The notes under the pieces were generated by a model, which had not been told where the DNA came from, made no database searches, and was given only the letters and a program-made list of their open reading frames with translations. Below are positions 54,901 to 64,000 of a stretch of DNA of 64,000 nt, piece by piece. The position numbers and the translations under genes were made by a program. The DNA is from Phallusia mammillata (Eukaryota): positions 24,366,001 through 24,430,000 of the forward strand of contig OZ281496.1 of NCBI GenBank assembly GCA_965637545.1. Direction: 5' to 3'. Each line of letters opens with the position of its first letter. Positions within the stretch are counted from its first letter, which is position 1.

Positions 54901-57900
54901 ACATGTAATACAAGTAGACTACATTGATGTTTGAATTGCTGCAACAAACCTCGGGGAACCCCTAAAGTTCACGGAGCCTCTGGGGGTATTGCACGAATCC
55001 CTCGCGTTCCGCGAAACCCCGGTTAAAGAGCTCTGGTCTAACGCCTATCACTTGTAAAAACTTTTAGAAAATGACGTTTGCGATTGGCCTTACCTTTGTA
55101 TTTGCTTATCATTAACGTTTTAAATTTACAGAAAACCCCAACCCGGCACCAACTGGTCAATGCACCAGCGTTTCACACGAGTACAAACAACCTTCTACAT
55201 GTACTAGCGAAGGTGACAACTTCGATTGCGACTATTACGCATCGTGGACCCTGAATACTGAAACCGATGTTATTGACTTCGTCCTTAAGGTAATTTATGT
55301 GTTTTAGACTCTAAGATAAGTGTTGATCAACTTTAACTATTGATACTTTTGTCTTTGCATATACTGTACTAGGTTACTTATGACAGCGCTTTTTAACCTA
55401 AGTACAAAATAAACCCAATGGCTGCATAGGGATTTAGCAAAAACGCGTTAGGTGTGATTAATGTGCAGGGTGTGTATGATAATGACACCACTGCTAAACA
55501 GTTTTGATCCTTTTAAACATATTAGTTCATAATCATGTTTTTATGGGGTTAACATTTTCATTTTACATCTGTAACCCGACCAAAAAGCCCATGTTTGTTA
55601 CTTTAATAACAAGCGTACATGGTATCACATCATACAAAGCGGGAAAATAAAGGTTAAAGTGACCTATGGAATATTGGACCATATCATATTTGATACATAT
55701 TCAAACATTCAAAACAAAATTAAAATTGATCATCTAATTTGGCCACTTGATAATGTAATGTTTTTCACACATGTATTTCTGATTTCTTAATTAAAGCAGT
55801 TCCCATGTACATGATTTGCATATATCGGCTTTAAATATCAATGCCATTTTATGTAAATTTCTTCCTACGTTGGAAATGTTTCGTTACTACGTACACACGT
55901 TAAGTGTTAACTAGCAACAGAAACAGCAACCTATCTTAAGTGCACTGGACCGAGTCCCTGCCAATTGTGTTAGGTGGATTCTTGCGTTGTGATTACGTCA
56001 GAAATGAAGTAAATATAACTATGTGGTCTGGCCTTGCAATTGTCTTTTATAATTATTGAGCAGTGGAAGCCCAATTTCGTAAGGCCCCTGTGGTAAACAA
56101 GTGCGGTTTTTCTTAGACGAAATAACAATCGTTTAAAGTTAATGTTGTTTTAACTTGAATGTATGTGCTATGACGTTTTTCCGAGTAGGTGGGTTCTTTG
56201 ATTACGTCACATAATTGCAAAATATTTATTGTAAATATACGAAAGAACCATTATATCAAGAATAACGAAAACGTAGCACAAAAATAGATTATAAATATTG
56301 TTTTGTTTTTAAGACGTGACATGGCCTTTAGTGTGTTAAAAGTGCCACTATACCGTAATGTTGAATTTCCAAATGATGTGTCAAAATGCGAATTTAAACA
56401 GTTAAAAGGGGAGGAAAAATTACTACAAACATTATTGAAAGATTTACGAAACATTTATCGTTGTGGCTCAGTCAGCCTCTTCTATGCCTTTGCTAGGCTT
56501 TTATGTGCTAGTGTTACCACAAACACTTAATCAACCACTATTTTTTATAGTCCAAACAAACCAGAGACAGGTGGATCGCTTTGGGAATCAGCGACGACAG
56601 ACTAATGCCGAATTCTGATGCAATAGTCGGTTTTATTGATAACCAGGAGCGAGCCGTTATTTCAGACAGGTAAGAAATGAACGTTTTCCCTTGGATTTAT
56701 CCAGTGTACAGACTACAGAAGCAAACAAAATTGGCAGAGGCCTATTTTCGTACTGTGTCAACAAAATTGCCTGTAGTAGATCATAAGAGAGCTTTACATC
56801 AAATAAAACCTCTACACGCCTTGGTAATCTGGAAATCGATCCGCTTGATCTTAGTTCCCTTGTCAGTGCAAGTCATGGTCCTTTTGTCGTAGCGTTGTGT
56901 CACTATCAACATTATAGCAGGACTGTTATGTTATAGTTTGCCACGTCACTTTACCTCAAAGTTGGCAGAATTTCTCTACCGTCATGAAGTGACAAGGACA
57001 CTTAAGTATCCCCTTAAGGTCTACTCCCAGGTCATCGAAGTTGCCACTTCAGTCAAATGCAGTAGCAACAGTTTATATAACACTGATGGACACGTTAGCA
57101 CCTTGGTATGCGCTCTTTATGTGCAAAAACAAAGCAGCGGTTCTTGTTTAACTGGTCAGTAGTGGAAAAGACAAACGCCCCTGGCCAGCGTTGCGTTTGC
57201 TTTTCTCCATAGTAGGGGATATGTGATCTTTACACTGTTATCAACCTTTTTATCGTCGGTTTGGAGACAACAACCAACTTTGAATTTCTTCTGACACGCT
57301 TAAAAAAATTATTCTCAGATGAAATGCGTTAAAACTGCACTATTATACCTCTTCAACAAATGCTGAACTGCACATAAAAATACACTTCCCCTTTAGACTG
57401 TGTAAATAAAGACAGCTAAAACCAAGGTCTATTTAATTTTCTTTGTTTGCAGTTTTTAGAGACTGACGATACCTGTATGTATGAAATATCTCTCTCGATT
57501 TTAACAACTTCGTGTCCACTGATTTTAAGTCATAAGCTTTTGCTTTCGAATTCTCATTTACTTCTCGTTCAAAGTGCATCTTGTTTGCACAATTTTGAAA
57601 CAAAAACTTTTTCTTATCCGTAAGGTTAATGCCGATTATGAAACATTAACGACTGGTCACAAATGCAAGCCTGTCTAATCGCAGTGGACCTTTTGATTAA
57701 TTGTTATTTGCTTTTTTAGATGGATTACAATGAGATCAAATCCACCTTTGGACGATACAGCAGACAACCTTTCTAACAAGCGTGGAAGTTACCAGAACGG
57801 CGTACTTACCATAGAGGTAGTCCACTCTTCTTAACTTACCTTTTTCATATACTTAAGCATTATATCATCAAACTATACGAGATATACTATGTGTTATGGT

Positions 57901-60900
57901 TTACTAATTTTTGTGTATTATTTTAACAGTTTTCCCGAGCCAGAGACACCCAAGACACACGTGATATTCCATTTACTGACACTTCTTGTCCATTCATGTT
58001 TTACGCCAACGGACCAACAAGCAACAACAACAATAACATCAATTACCACGATTCCAAAATCGTCAGCACCAACGGGGTAAGAACTAAGAACACAAAAATA
58101 AACGTATTTGTACTATAAACCCCATGAACTTTAAGTTGCTTAAATTGATTAACTATGGCCTTGTTTGGGGATCAAATGCATCAACAGATCTCTGAAATAA
58201 CGGAACATGCCTAAATAGGTCTTCAAATAATTGCAGCTATGGTCTTTTGTACATCGCTTAAGTACAATCATTTATCACACAATATTTCCTACGGCAATGT
58301 ATATAAAAGTTTGAAACGCATGTCTTGTGTTGCATTTCAATGGACTGGAGGCCCAAAAATTGGAAAGGCTGGAGGTGAACAAAATTGTCCAAGTCGTATG
58401 TTCAGCACCCTGGCAAAAGCCCATAAAAATTTGGTCTAAAATGTGACAAACAAATACCAATTTTTAGCTGATTTATATAGTTGCGTACGCTTGCGCCAAA
58501 AGTATTTATTTCACGTTATCACAGGTATGTATCCGCGCATGCGCAGTACAAACGGTGGTGGAAAACACTTTGGCCGGTCAAGTTCGTCTCACGGCAAGAA
58601 CCTTTGCAGACGAACTTGCCGACTCGTCGACACAGGAATATCGGAATCTCAAAACTGAAATGGAAACTACAGTAAGTTTATGTAAAATTTATTTGTTAAT
58701 AAAAAAAAAACGATAACTGAGCTCCAGAAAGTCAATTTCGATCTGTAAGGTCTTGTCTGTGCAGCTGCATGGTTACAAAACCTTGTCCTTACAGGGTAGT
58801 ATAGCCAGGTATTTGTTACAATGCAAAACTGTAGCAAATCGAATGATTTAATTACCCCAAACTGGGATACCACAAATAAGGTCCTAGAATCATATTTAAA
58901 AAGTCGCTAAAGAAATATTTAAAATTGCTTTTTATTATCATGAGATACGTTTTGGCTGTTGGATGCATTCAGATTTTCTAACTTGGTTTATTGACTTATT
59001 ACTTCACCGATCCAATATTACTTGTTAAACACTATTTTTGGTCATTTTGCTAATCCCTTTTCTTGTTGTATAGATTGCTACAGCCTACCGGAAAGCGAAC
59101 TTCGTTAAAGAATCGGTTTCAGATGTGTTGGTCACTGTTACCGGGTTTAGTGCTGGAAGTGTAGTGGTCAATTACAACTTGACTGTCACTCATAGCGACG
59201 AAAGCATCTCAGAAGATCAACTGGCGGTAAGATACAGTGTTGTAAACATGTACCTTGTTTAAATAAGCTATAACTGTACTGTCAGACATAATATATAACC
59301 AAGCAAAAACTGCTGAATGAGCAATACTAGGTTATATACAGTGATGGGATTCAATTTTTTGTCGGCCGGTTCTATCACAAAAGTCATATTTTTCAGCCGG
59401 TTCTGTTGCAAAAAGTACATTAACAGTAACCAGTAATGCTAACCGGTTCGCTGACCTCATAAAATTTCGTGAGATTTCCGGCTAAATCCCACCACTGGTT
59501 ATATAACTTGTTTGTACATTATAAAATAACTGATATAATATCCTGCGCTGCAACCAGTTTTCAATTGTAAGGAGGGTCACATATTTTGTAACCCACATGG
59601 TTTAGTTGATTTTATTTCGCTTGGTGAAAGAACACATAGCGACACAATTGCATTGAACAATCACTTAGCTAGAAATAGCTGAATACCGTTAAAACGTTAT
59701 GGGGCACAGAATAGGGCACATCTTGTGGATCATGACTAAACGCGTTGCAACTACCCTCAAGATTCATGAACTTCTTGGAGTTTTTTGTCTAAAAATCATG
59801 TGTAAATAACCTATTGGTTTGGGAAGTCCAAAAATCACATATTTGTGTGACTTCTGTAGATGGCATTGGAACAAGCCTTGAAGGAAGTGATTGCCGAAAA
59901 TAACGGAACCCTTGGAGGAGCGTCTGATACCAGTGTCGACTCCGTCAGTATTTCTTCCGGTACGTACATGTTTAGAACTAGATTTTTTAAAATAAGAGTT
60001 GGAGGCCCGAAATTATAGGAGTTTGACTGGGCACATGTTATAGTTGACTTTGGACATGTATATTACGGTACGCCAGGCTCATTGAAGGCGTCATTCCGAA
60101 TTCGACGGGTTCACCGCTGAGCCTGCGTAGCTCGATTGGATGAGCGCGAGTCACGGAAAGACTCCCGTCGGGGGTCAAATCCCACCGCAGGCTAGATTTT
60201 TCTAGCCCACGCTTTGTCATATGGTGAATGCGTGGTGACCGGCTGATTCGTTATGACACCTTCAATGGGCCTGGTGTTCTGTGATTTACATAAGAGTGTG
60301 CCGTGATCGCTGGCTTCAGGGCTGATCCCAGTCGTGAATTGGCTGTTTTTAATTTTAACTTTAAAAGTGGTTTAGGCTACATCTGCAAAACGAATATTGA
60401 CCATTACAGTTATTATGTTTTACGAACAGCTTGCAATATATTGGCCTACTGAATTTGACGCGAAAAATAACAATAGATAACAAATGCTGGCTCATTGCTA
60501 ATCGAAAAGCGTAGCCACAGACGTTTCAGATTTTAGACCATATCACATCCTGGATAATTGCAAAAACTGTTTTTTTCATCCTGTAATCCTATTTAGTATA
60601 GAAGGCTACTCAACAATAAATTCCCTTTTAAAAGTATATTCCGGGTGTTCGAAAAAAGCTTACAAACAAGACTGCTTTCAAACAGGATTCTCAGATAACG
60701 TTAATTTGTTTTTAGCTATATCCGATGACGCTGCTACGACTATCGCCCCAACGACAAGCGCACCAACAACAAGTGCACCAACAGGACTTAAGGATTGGGA
60801 GATTGCAGTTATATGTGTTTGTGTTATGGGGGCCGTGACAATTGCTGCTGCGGCCGCGGCTGCTTGTATAAGAAAGAAAAATGCCCAGAGTAAGTACCTA

Positions 60901-62001
60901 CAAAGAGTTACGTCTTTTTGTACTCAATTTATGACGCTTCACATCTTTCTTTTCGCAAATGAAATAAACTTATAGAAGCCATGATGAGCTAAAGGAAGTC
61001 GGCAATCTTTGTTGCACTGCGGACCGTTTTTGAAACCGAAATTTTATCGCCAACCGGCACTCAAAAAACTAGCAATAAAAACACATAGTTTAATTTATAA
61101 TCCCTGGAAAGCACAGGCAAAATGTTGGAAAAAAACGTACAACGGCCCGGTAACAAACATTTCCAGCAATTGCCGACCATTGAGCTAACGAACCAACAAA
61201 AATCTGGTCATAATTAATTCGCCAGTTTAATAAGACCTTAAAAATTGGCTTAACATACAATGCTATGTGTAAGTGTAAAAATTTACCTCTCAAGTCTAAT
61301 TGGTTGAAGATTAACTTATACTTAAAAAGTTGCTCACATTTTCTTCCGCTGTTGGTCTTTGGGCAGATTACTTTGTTTGGTGTTGTTTTTTCCTGTACCA
61401 TTGCAAGCCTAAAAAATAACATTGTCTCAAAACAATTTTGCCGTTGTTTCTTACTTTGACTATTTTTCGTTTCAGAAAACTTCCAAGCTATCCCGATGAA
61501 AACAGATAACTCGAACAGTGAAGGCCACCACAATCCTATAGTGAATGAATATGAAAACTTTAAAGAGGTTGGTAAAAATGTTACACACTTGTAACGGATA
61601 TTGTTAAACGTTTTAGGCAGCGCTGCGCACAGTGTTAGTGCTATGGTAAAAGGACGGTTAGGTTAGAGGCCTGGTATATGGGGAGAATTTAGAGACAGTG
61701 TATAAAACTGATTGGGTAAATGGTAATAGTGTGAAGCTAGGAATCTAAATTGACACTACAACCGTGTTAGATTAAAATTCTGCTATTAAACATCATGGTG
61801 TTTACATTGTACAGCAAAGGGTTAATTAATCAGTCCATTGCAGGGCAAAGTATTTTGTTGAGTTTACTGTATGACATATACGCATTATATGATTTCCTAA
61901 ATACGCATTTGTTGTTGTTGCAGAGACCAAGTCCATCTAGTTCAGTTCATGACACCGACTCCGAAAAGGAAAAGAGTTTGAAACCAGAACAAGTTGTCTA
62001 A
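48969..62001 (+). CDS. ~1192-aa type I membrane protein: signal peptide, N-terminal-His LPMO-like domain, EPEPT linker, 2 EGF, DOMON (split by second linker), DOMON, SEA, TM, cytosolic tail; exons 48969-49128, 50269-50339, 50527-50618, 50684-51288, 51735-51854, 52188-52471, 52540-53164, 53230-53379, 53629-53758, 54510-54586, 55132-55289, 56551-56669, 57720-57816, 57930-58076, 58525-58671, 59074-59226, 59860-59959, 60716-60889, 61476-61567, 61924-62001
   Basis: All 20 GT-AG exons join in phase (3579 nt). Motifs: VWG|[35 protein letters not shown], two 6-Cys EGF repeats, WVGIGWRP...FHGMDC...YTRDRSTP...[22 protein letters not shown]...[41 protein letters not shown]. Confidence 0.88.
50889..51116 (+). 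repeat. Coding minisatellite, 18-bp unit, (EPEPT[H/N/Q])n linker 1
   Basis: About 12 units visible in the translation. Confidence 0.9.
52652..53040 (+). repeat. Coding minisatellite, 18/24-bp units, (EPEPT[H/N])n linker 2, with a 90-bp higher-order duplication
   Basis: About 20 units (14 with His). Block at 52825 recurs at 52915. Confidence 0.9.
59339..59497. mobile_element. 159-bp hAT MITE
   Basis: TIR CAGTGATGGGATT / AATCCCACCACTG; perfect TSD GTTATATA. Confidence 0.85.
60056..60291. mobile_element. Inverted-repeat element enclosing a tRNA-like core; partial second copy of one arm at 45135-45203
   Basis: Arms CCAGGCTCATTGAAGGCGTCAT... / ...ATGACACCTTCAATGGGCCTGG, extendable to ~60 bp with mismatches. 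No clear TSD. Confidence 0.6.
60121..60193 (+). pseudogene. tRNA-like 73-nt cloverleaf (tRNA pseudogene or SINE head)
   Basis: Acceptor GCCTGCG/CGCAGGC, D stem GCTC/GAGC, anticodon stem GAGTC/GACTC with non-canonical loop ACGGAAA, degenerate T arm GGGGTCAAATCCC, T5 run 4 nt downstream. Confidence 0.7.
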
Positions 62002-62563
62002 ATCACGTTTGCAACACTGATATTTTTCACAAAGCCTATTGTTTTAGCATCATAAGCAACCTCCTTTACTGGCTTCATGTTCCAGCTTTTTAAAAGTCAA
62101 ATCTCGTTTTCAATGTAACTTTTTGCGTATTTGTTGGAAAATGTAGGTATATCCGCATCAAGATATTTTACTTTTAACTGTATGTTGCGTATTTATACAC
62201 ACAGCCTTTATTGCATTCTGTTCATTCGATTTGCATGCAAGACTTTTTCTGTTTTACTCCAATGCTATTTTAATTACGTAGTTGTTTTATCTTGTGTGTG
62301 TTTTTTTTATTTTTTGCGTTGAAGAGAGCTTGTGTGTGGAACGAGCGTTTTAAAAAGGTCGTGGAAAGAATAAAATAGCTATTTTATGTGAATGAACATT
62401 TGATAAATAAAGATTCTTGCGTCAAAGTGAACGTACAGATAAACAGGCAGGTTTAAATAGCAGATGATTTTAGGATTTGAGTCTATTCTTGGTTATTTTT
62501 AAAAACTTTATGTATACTTTGCAACAAACAAAAATAACTCGAAAAATACCCCTGACAGAACTA

Positions 62564-62641
62564 CCCGTAATTTTCCGTGTATAATGCGCAAAATTTAATT
62601 AATTTATTGTCCTAAAATCTAGGGTGCGCATTATGCATGGG
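62564..62641 (+). mobile_element. Probable left terminus of a Tc1/mariner (pogo-type) element
   Basis: TA followed by CCCGTAATTTTCCGTGTATAATGCGCA, with internal inverse GTGCGCATTAT; resembles CCGTATTTTCC..TATAA..CGCAC termini. Right end not in window. Confidence 0.45.
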
Positions 62642-62889
62642 TACAACAATTTTTGAAGAAAATCTGCCTCGAAATAAAACTTGAAATCAGACCTTTCTTC
62701 TTGTTTGTTGTCAATCGCGCATCACATTTAGCCATCCTGCCCAACACACTTAGTCAGTAAAATTCATAATTGACGACACATCGTTTGATGCGATGGTGCA
62801 ATCCTTGACCATTGTCATTCTGCCAGAATAAAATCGAAAAAAGGAATGCGATACGAGAGAACGTCACGAATGGATGCGCAACGAACGTT

Positions 62890-64000
62890 TTGGCCAAATC
62901 GAAATATTGACAAAATACGCTAATTTTAATACAATTTTTGAAATCTTTTCGGGCCCAATATTTTTTTTAAATTCGCAACATTGCCTCATCTTTTAGTCTA
63001 TTTTAATAATCCGTTTTGAAAAAAGTGAACCCGACTCGATAATTACAGCAAAATGCAATTAACTGTCACCCACTTTGGACCATCTGCCAATAGTGACGAA
63101 ATACGCTAAGTTCAATACAATTTTTGAAATCTTTTCGGGCCCATTATTTTTTTTAAATTCGCAACATTGCCTCATCTTTTAGTCTATTTTATTAATCCGT
63201 TTTCAAAAAAGTGAACCCGACTCGATAATTACAGCAAAATGCAATTAACTAACACCCACTTTGGACCAAATGCTTACAGTGACGAAATACGCTAAGTTCA
63301 ATACAATTTTTGAAATCTTTTCGGGCCCATTATTTTTTTTAAATTCGCAACATTGCCTCATCTTTTAGTCTATTTTAATAATCCGTTTTCAAAAAAGTGA
63401 ACCCGACTCGATAATTACAGAAAAATGCAATTAACTAACACCAACTTTGGACCAAATGCCTATAGTGACGAAATACGCTAACTTCAATGCAATTTTTGAA
63501 ATCTTTTCGGGCCCATTATATTTTTTAAATTCGCAACATTGCCTCATCTTTTAGTCTATTTTAATAATCCGTTTTCAAAAAAGTGAACCCGACTCGATAA
63601 TTACAGCAAAATGCAATTAACTAACACCCACTTTGGACCAAATACCTATAGTGACGAAATACGCTAACTTCAATGCAATTTTTGAAATCTTTTCGAGCCC
63701 ATTATATTTTTTAAATTCGCAACATTGCCTCATCTTTTAGTCTATTTTAATAATCCATTTTCAAAAAAGTGAACCCGACTCGATAATTACAGAAAAATGC
63801 AATTAACTAACACCCACTTTGGGCCAAATGCCGAAACTGACAAAATACGCTAAGTTCAATACAATTTTTGAAATCTTTTCGGGCCCATTATTTTTTATAA
63901 ATTCGCAACATTGCCTCATCTTTTAGTCTATTTTATTAATCCGTTTTCAAAAAAGTGAACCCGACTCGATAATTACAGCAAAATGCAATTAACTAACACC
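62890..64000 (+). repeat. 186-bp tandem repeat array, at least 6 units, continuing past the window end
   Basis: The (A/G)CAATTTTTGAAATC marker recurs at 62931, 63117, 63303, 63489, 63675 and 63861. Confidence 0.95.

Noticed and set aside
60121-60193. Functional tRNA-Ser(GGA)
   Set aside because: Lacks U33 and T54, T stem has mismatches, no long variable arm typical of tRNA-Ser, and a G34 Ser anticodon is atypical in eukaryotes.
62890-64000. Tandem array or EPEPT repeats as a CRISPR array
   Set aside because: No unique spacers, eukaryotic context, no cas genes.

Overview
AT-rich, intron-containing eukaryotic (metazoan) DNA. Compact genes, many 59-70 nt introns and the repeat types suggest an invertebrate chordate such as an ascidian; that is an inference, not proven. 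Exons were assembled by hand using splice sites and reading-frame phase. Genes found: the 3' part of G3BP; a beta-1,4-galactosyltransferase-family gene whose last intron carries a 3.45-kb CACTA-type transposon encoding its own 8-exon SAM-domain gene; two tandem HNK-1ST/CHST-family sulfotransferases; a claudin/PMP22-like gene; NME5; a small uncertain membrane-protein gene; and RPS15A hosting two C/D snoRNA copies. After about 13 kb without a recognisable gene comes a 20-exon, ~1192-aa type I membrane protein with this order: signal peptide, N-terminal-His LPMO-like domain, EPEPT linker, 2 EGF, 2 DOMON domains with Met/His heme-ligand motifs, SEA, TM. That protein is the best candidate for an undescribed system (a possibly self-reducing, surface-anchored copper oxygenase). 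Also present: many MITEs with TSDs, three minimal hammerhead-ribozyme motifs, a tRNA-like cloverleaf inside an inverted-repeat element, and a 186-bp tandem array running off the window end.
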